Shown here piece by piece: positions 44,748 through 53,213 of a stretch of DNA of 64,000 nucleotides. The DNA lies in IMG/VR virus record IMGVR_UViG_3300045988_148153, positions 1 to 64,000 of that record; one strand, written 5' to 3'. The notes under the pieces are model-generated. The model was not told the DNA's origin and ran no database searches. It saw only the letters and a list, made by a program, of their open reading frames with translations. The translations under genes and the position numbers were made by a program. Position 1 is the first letter of the stretch; every line of letters begins with the position of its first letter. The stretch comes from a virus.

Positions 44748-45953
44748 TTATTGGCCTTTAACGTCCAGATAATAGAACCAACGTACCTTGTTCGGAACAA
44801 CCAAACCGGTTACTTCCGATTTAATTACCTGTGTCATGGTTTCGTCGTTGAACACCTGTCTTATCAAAGTACGACCGCCATCATATAAGGCTGTGCGTGC
44901 TCCCGGAGTTTCCATAAAGACGGGACGGCCGCATTGTACATCTCCCAGTGATTCATTTGGAACGTAGACAAGAACACCTTCTTCAAAGCTTTGCAAGTTT
45001 TTGTATTCCATTTCTTTGGAAGTCTTGTTGAAACTTTCCACAACGGAAATAGAATCAATAACTCTGATTTCCGCACCAATACGCGTTTCAATGAACGCCT
45101 TGATTGTGTCGTCAGGCACAAGGTTGGCAAAGGAAAGCTGCATGTTCTTATCAGAAATATCCGGACGGGTTGCAACGGTGTACATCTGACGGAAATACGG
45201 CAAACTTATCAAGTCTTCAAATGTTGTTTTTGAACATTCCCAGTGTCCGGCGGGAGCAAAATCTTTTTCTTCTGAATCCCGTCTTACTTGGCGCATAACC
45301 CTGATTGGGTCTATTGTGGTTCCGACACCGGTATTTTGCGAAGCCGTACCATTTGGTTTCTTGTACCATACAGAATTCTTAATGTTTTTCTCAGGGACAC
45401 CAAAATCTATGGTCAGGGCTATTCCAAGAGGATTGTTGGAGGCATTGATTACGAGTTTCCCCTTCTTGGATACTACTTGATTTCTTTGATAGAGGAATGT
45501 ATTGTAGTTACCGCCGAGAAGGTTATCCACTCCATTGAACAGTAGTTCCATGATAGTGGATTCTATTTCGGGAGTGGAGCCGCCGATGGCGTCCATCAAC
45601 ATCATCTTCTCCCTTAAAATCTTTCTGCTCAACGTAATCTCATGCTTGAAGGTTGGCAAACCGCCCATATTCAAAGACAGCCCGTCGGTTGATTTGGTAG
45701 CACCATCACTGTCAATGTCTACATAGGTAGCCAATGTGTATGGACGTATTGTCGCTTCAATCTGTTCATATGTAGGATTCAGAGGGATATTGGGATTCAG
45801 TGGGAATCCCATTTGCGAGAATGTTTGTTCTGCATTGTATTTCTCTGCGAACATGTCGTTAATCCACGATTCTAAGGGCTTATTCCCGGTATATCCCAAT
45901 GCGGCAAGTCCCCTTCCTACAATATCATAAAATTCTTTATTTCTTGTATACAT
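44748..45953 (-). CDS. major capsid protein
   Basis: 401 aa, preceded by scaffold and a 170-aa decoration-like gene (lambda C/Nu3-D-E-like order). Confidence 0.7.
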   Translation of the reverse strand: MYTRNKEFYDIVGRGLAALGYTGNKPLESWINDMFAEKYNAEQTFSQMGFPLNPNIPLNPTYEQIEATIRPYTLATYVDIDSDGATKSTDGLSLNMGGLPTFKHEITLSRKILREKMMLMDAIGGSTPEIESTIMELLFNGVDNLLGGNYNTFLYQRNQVVSKKGKLVINASNNPLGIALTIDFGVPEKNIKNSVWYKKPNGTASQNTGVGTTIDPIRVMRQVRRDSEEKDFAPAGHWECSKTTFEDLISLPYFRQMYTVATRPDISDKNMQLSFANLVPDDTIKAFIETRIGAEIRVIDSISVVESFNKTSKEMEYKNLQSFEEGVLVYVPNESLGDVQCGRPVFMETPGARTALYDGGRTLIRQVFNDETMTQVIKSEVTGLVVPNKVRWFYYLDVKGQ

Positions 45954-45967
45954 ATTACACTCCTTTC

Positions 45968-46480
45968 TTATCCATTGGATTCACGCACAAACTCAATCAT
46001 AGGAAGATGGGCTTCCATAGCCGGAAGTATAGTTGCCCCGACCACTCTGTCTGCATAAATTCTTCCGTTTCTCACCACGGCACAAGTAGCCAAAGTGCAT
46101 CCTTCAGGAATACATACATCTTCAAAGGTTAAACCGTTGACCGTTTCGGTTATGTCCTTCCACTTACTTTCGGTAAATGTTTCCGGGGTTCCGATTGCCG
46201 TTTCATTTTTGTAAATCTTACCCGCTTGTTCCACAATATCGCCTACCGCATAGGTTTTTGTGGTCTCGTATGCAGGGCCTGCAACCACTACCACTTGCTG
46301 CCCGGCGCCCATAAATTGCACAGGAGTGCCTGCTCCGATTACAGTGCCGGCCGGATATTTGGTATGGTCAATCATACCACCACCCTGATACAACTCCCTT
46401 ACTCTCGACCATACTGGAAAATTACCGCCAATTCCCGCTTGGTATTGGCTGATGGTGTTGAAAGTTCCTAATTGTCTCAT
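45968..46480 (-). CDS. head decoration/accessory protein candidate
   Basis: Lies between the scaffold and capsid genes. Gly-rich beta-type sequence. Confidence 0.4.
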   Translation of the reverse strand: MRQLGTFNTISQYQAGIGGNFPVWSRVRELYQGGGMIDHTKYPAGTVIGAGTPVQFMGAGQQVVVVAGPAYETTKTYAVGDIVEQAGKIYKNETAIGTPETFTESKWKDITETVNGLTFEDVCIPEGCTLATCAVVRNGRIYADRVVGATILPAMEAHLPMIEFVRESNG

Positions 46481-46507
46481 TTTTTGTCAGTTTTAAAAAT
46501 GTGTTTG

Positions 46508-47167
46508 TTATTTTTTACCAGGGAGCTTTCCTTGCGCTCTCATGCGTTCTTTGAATGCTTCACGGCGGCTGTTGGTCTGTTCTTCGTCGAGTTGGGCAAA
46601 ATTATTTAATGCCGGAGATGCTCCATCTCCGAAGATAGCCTTGTATCTTTTTTCATAATTTTGCTTGGCTGCATTTACAATGTCCTCCACCTTCATGCCT
46701 TCTGTGAAATTCACGTCTGAAATGGCAATGCTTAGGATTTCATCGTTACAGATGTTTTTCCCACCGTTTTCAATTTGAGATTTCAATTGATTCTTTGACG
46801 CTTCTTTTAAAGCTTGGATAGATGCGGCGTTTTTCTCCGCTTCTCTATCTTCTTTCAATTGCAAAAGCTCCTTGCGCATCTCTTCTAATTGAGCGGTAAG
46901 GTCTCCCTCTTTAGTAGTTTTGCCTTCATCGGAAGGCTGCTGAGGTTTGTAGTTTTTCTTAAAACTCTCAACTTGTGTTGCGACATCATGATTGTACTGT
47001 CCTTGTAGTCCTTGCAAGAAAGATGTGGCCTTGCTATAATAAGTGTCATCAGGCTCCGTTCCTTCTTCCAATGGATTTAATTCTATGTACTTCATTAATG
47101 TCTGTGACGAAAGACTGGTTTGTCCTAATCTGGTCGTCAGTTCGGATAAGATTTGTTCTTTCTCCAT
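46508..47167 (-). CDS. capsid scaffolding protein
   Basis: Acidic/coiled-coil 219-aa protein upstream of the capsid gene. Confidence 0.55.
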   Translation of the reverse strand: MEKEQILSELTTRLGQTSLSSQTLMKYIELNPLEEGTEPDDTYYSKATSFLQGLQGQYNHDVATQVESFKKNYKPQQPSDEGKTTKEGDLTAQLEEMRKELLQLKEDREAEKNAASIQALKEASKNQLKSQIENGGKNICNDEILSIAISDVNFTEGMKVEDIVNAAKQNYEKRYKAIFGDGASPALNNFAQLDEEQTNSRREAFKERMRAQGKLPGKK

Positions 47168-47187
47168 CGTGTTTTAGTTTATGTTAT

Positions 47188-47230
47188 AAAAAAAAGAGCC
47201 TATCAACGCTTTGTGCGCCAATAAGCTCTT
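47188..47230 (-). terminator. leader hairpin + U-tract upstream of the scaffold/capsid operon
   Basis: Minus strand AAGAGC-N25-GCTCTT followed by TTTTTT, about 20 nt before the ATG at 47167. Confidence 0.5.
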
Positions 47231-47243
47231 AGGCTTGTATATG

Positions 47244-47251
47244 CAAAATTA
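47244..47251 (-). promoter_or_regulatory. -7 box TAATTTTG (minus strand)
   Basis: Plus-strand caaaatta is a perfect TAnnTTTG on the minus strand. Confidence 0.5.
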
Positions 47252-47428
47252 CTATCCTTCTATTTTTACACTAATAAAATTACGACACCTTCGGCATACA
47301 GTTCTAAATAAAACGCTTCCACGTATTATTTTTACATCTGTAAGTTTTTGTCCGCATATGGGACATATCACAAAATTTCCTTTTTCACTGGTCTGTTTTT
47401 CATCCAGCTTGGTGTCTATCTTCATCAT
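47252..47428 (-). CDS. Com-like zinc-ribbon protein (58 aa, below ORF-track cutoff)
   Basis: MMKIDTKLDEKQTSEKGNFVICPICGQKLTDVKIIRGSVLFRTVCRRCRNFISVKIEG. CPxC...CxxC spacing resembles phage Mu Com. Confidence 0.5.
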   Translation of the reverse strand: MMKIDTKLDEKQTSEKGNFVICPICGQKLTDVKIIRGSVLFRTVCRRCRNFISVKIEG

Positions 47429-47447
47429 ATCACATGATTTAGTATTG

Positions 47448-47516
47448 CAAATATATAGTATATTTTCTAAAATACAATGCTTTATATTTATTTTTTAATG
47501 GAAAATATTAGAAAAT
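47448..47516. promoter_or_regulatory. -7 box TATATTTG (minus) plus ATTTTCTAA / TTAGAAAAT half-sites
   Basis: caaatata at 47448-47455. Half-sites at 47462-47470 and 47508-47516 (N37). Confidence 0.55.
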
Positions 47517-47529
47517 TTATAATAAATCG

Positions 47530-47537
47530 TATATTTG
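47530..47537 (+). promoter_or_regulatory. -7 box TATATTTG (plus strand) for the terminase operon
   Basis: gtATATTTGCAt, the same TATATTTGCA decamer as the minus-strand promoters. Confidence 0.55.
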
Positions 47538-47567
47538 CATTATATATAACTCATAGAGCTGTGATTC

Positions 47568-47614
47568 AAGCCGGAGTGTGCGGATTTATACTGCATACGC
47601 CGGCTTATTTTTTT
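47568..47614 (+). terminator. leader hairpin + U7 abutting the terL start codon
   Basis: AAGCCGG-N25-CCGGCTT followed by ATTTTTTT, then ATG at 47615. Confidence 0.6.
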
Positions 47615-49222
47615 ATGGAACACGACAATATTGTATATACTAAGGGTGGGAATGGTGTGCTTACTTACGCACAGGTGGAAAAATTAAGAGAGTATGGAAA
47701 TCCACTGAATATAATCGCCCAAAAAGGATGCCAGGAGAAATTCCTTTCATCCCCGGCGGATATTACTATATTTGGTGGAAATCGAGGCGGCGGAAAAAGT
47801 TGGGCTCTACTCATGGAAGTGCTTAAGGATATACAAAACCCCAATTTTGCAGCAGTCATTTTGAGAAACGAAAAAGAGGACTTGAGTAATATGGTTAATA
47901 AGTCCTATGAATTATTTTCCCAATTTGGCAAATACAACCGTTCTATTTCGGATATGACTTGGAATTTTTACACTGGTGGATTTCTAAAGTTTTCTTATTA
48001 TGCGGATTCATTTGAAGATTTTGTAAAGCGCTTTCAAGGGAAAGAGTTTTCATTCATAGGTATAGATGAGATAACTCATTCCGATTATAATAAATTCAAA
48101 TATCTTATAACGAACAACCGTAATGCTTACGGCATAAGAAACCGTTTTTATGGAACGTGTAACCCAGACCCGGATAGTTGGGTACGTAAGTTTATAGATT
48201 GGTGGATAGACGGCAACGGCAACCCGATACCGGAAAGAGATGGAATTGTGCGCTATTGTTTTATGGATGGAGACCGTCCTGAAGATATTTATTGGGGGGA
48301 TTCCGTAGAAGAAGTTTATGTACAATGCAAGCACATTATAGACCCGTTACTAACTCCCGGATTGGTTGCAAAAGGATACGACAAATCGGCTTTTGTAAAA
48401 ACTGTAACTTTTATCAAGGGAAAGTTGGAAGAAAATATCGCTCTCATATCTTCCGATCCGAACTATCTTGCTAATCTCGCCCAACAGGATGAAGAATCGC
48501 GTGCTCGTGACCTTGAAGGTAATTGGAACTTTAAGGCTGCCGGTGATGATATTCTTAAGATGGAGCACATGGAACGATTCTTTAATAATTCTTCTCAATA
48601 TGGAGATGGCAAACGTAGAGTTTCATGTGATATTGCATATGAGGGCGGAGATAATCTTGTTTTGTGGTTTTGGATTGGCAATCATATAGAGGATGTATAT
48701 GTTAGCCGGGACAACTCTAAACGCACGGAAGAATGCGTTGCTTACAAGCTAAGGGAATGGGGAGTTATGGAGAAGGATTTTGTTTTTGACTTGAACGGCC
48801 CCGGACAGGATTTTAAAGGGAAATTCCCCGATGCCGTAAAGTTCAATAACATGGCGGCTCCTATTCCAGCGACGAAGGCAGATGAAAAATCAATAAAATA
48901 TATCTATTCATCTTTGAAATCGCAATGTGCAGATATTCTTGTTAAGAAAATAAAAGGTGGTGAAATTTCTATCAATCATGATTTGCTGTCTCGAAAGTTT
49001 TCCGGCAACGGTTATCCGGAAATGACACTTTATGATATTCTTATGAAGGAACGTAAGGCTATTAAAGATGCGGAAACAGACAAAGGATTTGCCTTGATAA
49101 AGAAAGATACCATGAAAAAATATGTTGGGCATTCTCCCGACTTTATAGAAGCCATTATTTACAGACAGATTTTTGATATAAGAAAACAACACACTAAACC
49201 CAAAGGATTATGGAGAATATAA
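47615..49222 (+). CDS. terL: terminase large subunit
   Basis: Walker A FGGNRGGGKSWAL. Size and position before the portal gene. ATG at 47615 is preferred over the ORF-track start. Confidence 0.85.
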   Translation: MEHDNIVYTKGGNGVLTYAQVEKLREYGNPLNIIAQKGCQEKFLSSPADITIFGGNRGGGKSWALLMEVLKDIQNPNFAAVILRNEKEDLSNMVNKSYELFSQFGKYNRSISDMTWNFYTGGFLKFSYYADSFEDFVKRFQGKEFSFIGIDEITHSDYNKFKYLITNNRNAYGIRNRFYGTCNPDPDSWVRKFIDWWIDGNGNPIPERDGIVRYCFMDGDRPEDIYWGDSVEEVYVQCKHIIDPLLTPGLVAKGYDKSAFVKTVTFIKGKLEENIALISSDPNYLANLAQQDEESRARDLEGNWNFKAAGDDILKMEHMERFFNNSSQYGDGKRRVSCDIAYEGGDNLVLWFWIGNHIEDVYVSRDNSKRTEECVAYKLREWGVMEKDFVFDLNGPGQDFKGKFPDAVKFNNMAAPIPATKADEKSIKYIYSSLKSQCADILVKKIKGGEISINHDLLSRKFSGNGYPEMTLYDILMKERKAIKDAETDKGFALIKKDTMKKYVGHSPDFIEAIIYRQIFDIRKQHTKPKGLWRI

Positions 49223-50751
49223 GTACACGACAGATTATGGTACGCCGGCCATTTCGGAGAATATTGCCAAACGGATACAAACAAGCAGCGGGGGTTATAT
49301 CTGGCAGCTTGTCTGTCAATGAACCTTTAGACAATCCGACATATCAGATAATAACTCAAATGGATTTTTTAAGGGAATTTGAGCCGTCTGGGCATGCTAT
49401 AAATGACCCATTGGTATATCCGGACAGATTAAGACAAGACCCTGAAACAAAGGAATGGTTTAGAGAATCCGTTATCAGATGCGCTTTTGCGTTTCAGAGG
49501 ATTATAACAATCAAACACTTGGTGCATCTTTGTGGAAACGATATTCAATTTGAGATGGAAGGGGATACCGAAAATGAAGAAGTAAAGGATACATTTTTTA
49601 AGTTTCGGACTGGATGGGCTGTAAAGGACATGGAGATAGCATGGTATGAAGCAGCAAAATCCGTAAAGATAACGGGAGACGCAGCATTTGTAGGTTATCT
49701 CCGAAAAGGAAATTTCTATTGGAAAGTCCTTTCTTTTGAGAAAGGAGATACGTTATATCCTCATTTCGATAATGTCACAGGAGAACTTACATTATTCGCC
49801 CGTTCCTATTCCGATTTTGACAATGATGGAAATACAGTTACAGACTGGCTTGAAGTTTGGGATGAGAAATATCTTCGCCGTTTTAGAAAAGGGAAAGGCG
49901 CGTATAGCAAAATGAAGCAAGTGATAAAGAACTTGTTTGGATTAAGCGGATACGAGCTTGTATCTTCCCAGGAGCATGGATTTACATTTATCCCAGTGGC
50001 TTATTACAGAAATGAAGCCGGCGCTTGTTGGTCTCCTTCACAAGACAGTATAGAGCAATATGAACTTGCTTTTTCGCAGTTGTCACAAAATAACACAGCT
50101 TACGCCTTTCCTATTATGTATTTCAAAGGCGAAGGGGAGAACATTAATATAGAGGGTGGGATTGATGGAACTATAAAGTGCATATCAATGGGGCCGGACG
50201 ATGAAGCTGGGTATCTTAACAAGCAAGATGTTTCCACTGCATTTACAAAACAGCTTGACACTCTCTATAAATTAATTTATGAACAGTCTTTTGCGGTTAT
50301 TCCACCGGAAGTAAGAAGCGGTGACCTTCCAGGCGTAGCCATAAAACTTCTTTATTCTCCAGCTTTTGAAAACGCCATGAAAGATGCGCAGGAATACAAC
50401 CATCTCATTGATGATATGGTGAAAATATTCACTTATGGCTATGGAGTGGAAACCGAAAACCTTATTGACCTTCAAAATTTGAGCGTTTATGCTTGGATAA
50501 AGCCTTATATTCATCTGAACGAATCCGAACTTGTGCAAAACCTTGCAACTTGTGTTCAAAACGGCTTCTTATCCCGGCAGACTGCAAATGAGCAAATTCA
50601 GATGTACAGTAATCCTCGTGACTGGGATAGGATTATAAAAGAAAAGAAGGAAGAGCAGCAGGCTGACCTTCTTTACGAATTGAAATCCCGGCAGACATCC
50701 GCTACAGATAATGAAGTTGAACATAATCCGGCAGGAGACGATAAACAATGA
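49210..50751 (+). CDS. portal protein
   Basis: 513 aa directly after terL, with an acidic C-terminus. Confidence 0.8.
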   Translation: MENISTRQIMVRRPFRRILPNGYKQAAGVISGSLSVNEPLDNPTYQIITQMDFLREFEPSGHAINDPLVYPDRLRQDPETKEWFRESVIRCAFAFQRIITIKHLVHLCGNDIQFEMEGDTENEEVKDTFFKFRTGWAVKDMEIAWYEAAKSVKITGDAAFVGYLRKGNFYWKVLSFEKGDTLYPHFDNVTGELTLFARSYSDFDNDGNTVTDWLEVWDEKYLRRFRKGKGAYSKMKQVIKNLFGLSGYELVSSQEHGFTFIPVAYYRNEAGACWSPSQDSIEQYELAFSQLSQNNTAYAFPIMYFKGEGENINIEGGIDGTIKCISMGPDDEAGYLNKQDVSTAFTKQLDTLYKLIYEQSFAVIPPEVRSGDLPGVAIKLLYSPAFENAMKDAQEYNHLIDDMVKIFTYGYGVETENLIDLQNLSVYAWIKPYIHLNESELVQNLATCVQNGFLSRQTANEQIQMYSNPRDWDRIIKEKKEEQQADLLYELKSRQTSATDNEVEHNPAGDDKQ

Positions 50752-51530
50752 AGCAACCTACACAAAAACAGATACAGGACGCAAAAGATTTTATAAAATT
50801 ACGTTTGCAGGCTGAAATATCTATGCAAACCCATTTAGAGGAACTTCTTGTGCAAGCGGCAAGAGAGATTATAGATATATCATTCAAGTACGATATTCAA
50901 CCCTCAATGTTTCGTTTCTCCGCAAATGAAAACTTAAGGCAGGACGTTAATGAAGTACTCCGTAAGTTGCGTGAGTTGATTTACGATTACACGGAAACCC
51001 TTTCTGTATATGATAGGAAAGAGGAAAGAGACGCGATTGTAGATTTTATAAACCGGAAAGACCACGGAAAAACGTTATCAGAGCGCATCAACATTTATTG
51101 TAACCGATTTCAGTACGAGGTGGAAGCTGCCATTGCAGCCGGTCTGATAGCCGGAATTGGAAAAGATAAAATAAAGGATAGTGTAAGGTCTTACCTTAAT
51201 GCACCCTATGCGAGCCCTTATTTTAAGAGTGCGGTCGATAATGGCGGAGCTTCTGCCACACGTATTAAAACAGATGGCATAAGTTATGGGGTAGGAAAGT
51301 CTAATTCTGCTTACAGCTCGTTAAATACCCTTACCCGATTTGTCATAGGCTCTGCATGGATGTGGTTTTGGGGGATTGAGCATAAAAATAAAGGATATAC
51401 AGGTTTCTACTCATATCGTGGGAGCAGCTACCCATGTTCCTATTGTGATAGCATGGTCGGGTATCATCCTATTCCTGACTATCAGAATCAATGGCATATA
51501 AGATGCTGTTGTTATTTTGTATTTGTATAA
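50748..51530 (+). CDS. head morphogenesis protein (SPP1 gp7 / Mu F-like)
   Basis: Follows the portal gene. C-terminal PCSYCDS...WHIRCCCYFV resembles the H-x-x-C-R-C motif of this family. Confidence 0.7.
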   Translation: MKQPTQKQIQDAKDFIKLRLQAEISMQTHLEELLVQAAREIIDISFKYDIQPSMFRFSANENLRQDVNEVLRKLRELIYDYTETLSVYDRKEERDAIVDFINRKDHGKTLSERINIYCNRFQYEVEAAIAAGLIAGIGKDKIKDSVRSYLNAPYASPYFKSAVDNGGASATRIKTDGISYGVGKSNSAYSSLNTLTRFVIGSAWMWFWGIEHKNKGYTGFYSYRGSSYPCSYCDSMVGYHPIPDYQNQWHIRCCCYFVFV

Positions 51531-51547
51531 CTAAAAATTATAGTAAT

Positions 51548-52105
51548 ATGTTGAGAGGAAAAGAGGAACAGATTTCATTCAGCCGAGGACTTAGTGGAGA
51601 ATGCAAGCGCTCCAGAATAAGCTTTAAGGAAAAGGCTTTTGCTGACCTTATTGCTATGGGATGGAAAGATAAAGATGCTTATCTTATTTCAGGTCTTTAT
51701 AATCCTGTATATTCATCTAAAGTAAACGAAAAAGAGATGAATAAACTATTAATGGAAGAAGAACGGTTCATGACTTATTTAACTTCTATAAGCCGGAAGA
51801 TTCAACGAATGCAAAAGGCCGTTGAGAAAGAAGCGGATTTTCCGGTTGATAAAGTTAGCGATGAGGATATTGCTTCCGAACTATCAAAGGGAAACCAGCT
51901 TCGTAAACTTATCGCCGCCCGTAAAAAGTATGACGGGAAAGAGGGATGCAAGGAGTGGATAGACCTTACAAAAATGATAGCCGATATTACGCAAATCAAA
52001 AAGGATGAAATAAAGGAAGAAGATAATACAGTCCATTTCTACCTGCCGCTTTCATGTAATAATTGCTCCTTGTATCTTGCTGCTAAAAAGAAAGCCGGGA
52101 AATAA
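51548..52105 (+). CDS. hypothetical protein (weak terminase small subunit candidate)
   Basis: KEKAFADLIAMGWKDKDAYLISGLY resembles a TerS-type HTH. The position is atypical. Confidence 0.3.
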   Translation: MLRGKEEQISFSRGLSGECKRSRISFKEKAFADLIAMGWKDKDAYLISGLYNPVYSSKVNEKEMNKLLMEEERFMTYLTSISRKIQRMQKAVEKEADFPVDKVSDEDIASELSKGNQLRKLIAARKKYDGKEGCKEWIDLTKMIADITQIKKDEIKEEDNTVHFYLPLSCNNCSLYLAAKKKAGK

Positions 52106-52113
52106 ATCCCGGC
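52094..52113. terminator. bidirectional terminator hairpin
   Basis: GCCGGGA-aataaa-TCCCGGC between convergent genes. Confidence 0.65.
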
Positions 52114-52127
52114 AGTTGTGTATCCTT

Positions 52128-52546
52128 CTAATCCTTAAACTTCCCACTTTTCACTTGCCAAATGCAATCAGCAGCCCATTGAACAAGATACGCCCTTGCC
52201 TCTCCATTACTGAAATTAAACCCGCCCAATTCAAATGAATCGGATATAAAGTCTGTGATATGGCTTGCTTCGTGGGCGGCAACCCCAACGGATAATCTGT
52301 CTTTTCTGAATATTCCGCAAAATATACCAATCCAACCGCTTTTTTATCGCTGACAGGATAACAAGTCGCAATAGTAAACGTGTTATTCCCTAATACTTCT
52401 GATGTAAAATCAGTACGCTCCATTTTATCAGTCAAGGCATAGAATTTATTCTGCATATCTCCCAATGATGGGTTAATTCCTACCCACAATCTGAATGGGT
52501 ATATTGTCGGATTAAACTCGTGTATTTGGTATTTCTTCTCCAACAT
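52128..52546 (-). pseudogene. frameshifted gene with AHEASH motif in the downstream frame
   Basis: The ORF-track frame degenerates after ...YFAEYSEK. The +1 frame reads KDRLSVGVAAHEASHITDFI..GEARAYLVQWAADCIWQVKSGKFKD to a stop at 52128. The switch is near gaaaag (~52305). Confidence 0.55.
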
Positions 52547-52558
52547 GGTTACTAACTT

Positions 52559-52813
52559 TTAATCGAAATACATTACTTTCTGACCTATACACACCTTAAA
52601 GCGGGAAAGCATCTCTGAATATTGAGTAATGTCGTTAGGATTCCTTTTGTTGATGAAAGCACCTGTACGCTTATGGTATCTGATACAAGCATTTTCGGGC
52701 GATTTAGCCAACACTTCTTTCTCGTTACTGAAACCAAACAATAATTGTTCTCTGTGCGATACCTTGTACCACTTTACTTGGCTTCTTATCTTTCTGAAAT
52801 ATTTTGCTTTCAT
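52559..52813 (-). CDS. hypothetical protein
   Basis: 84-aa ORF. Confidence 0.45.
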   Translation of the reverse strand: MKAKYFRKIRSQVKWYKVSHREQLLFGFSNEKEVLAKSPENACIRYHKRTGAFINKRNPNDITQYSEMLSRFKVCIGQKVMYFD

Positions 52814-52815
52814 GG

Positions 52816-53184
52816 TTACCTCTCCAACTCTTTTTTCATTTCATACATCTGCCTTTCCTCTTCAATAATTTTGGCGTCTTCTTCGTCAGATATAGGTTTA
52901 GCATCCGCACGGTCAAGGGCGCTCCCGATTGCCTTTAATACATCCACTTGCAGCTCTACATCAATGCAGTTAGCCACATACTGGACGTTGCGCACTATAA
53001 GCATTGGCAGATTGTCGACCTTATCTTCTATAGGAGTATTATCCAGCAGCATAAACATCATGCTTCCCGCCCCATATTCAACGGAGAAATCTCCGCTTAC
53101 TGTTGATACCTTAATAAAAGGCAAATCACCTTTCTTGTACTTGACAAAGGTCATGTTTCCGATTTGCGTCTTTCCGAAATCCAT
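52816..53184 (-). CDS. hypothetical protein
   Basis: 122-aa ORF. Confidence 0.5.
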   Translation of the reverse strand: MDFGKTQIGNMTFVKYKKGDLPFIKVSTVSGDFSVEYGAGSMMFMLLDNTPIEDKVDNLPMLIVRNVQYVANCIDVELQVDVLKAIGSALDRADAKPISDEEDAKIIEEERQMYEMKKELER

Positions 53185-53213
53185 AGTTTATAATATTTAA
53201 TTAAGTAAATCTT

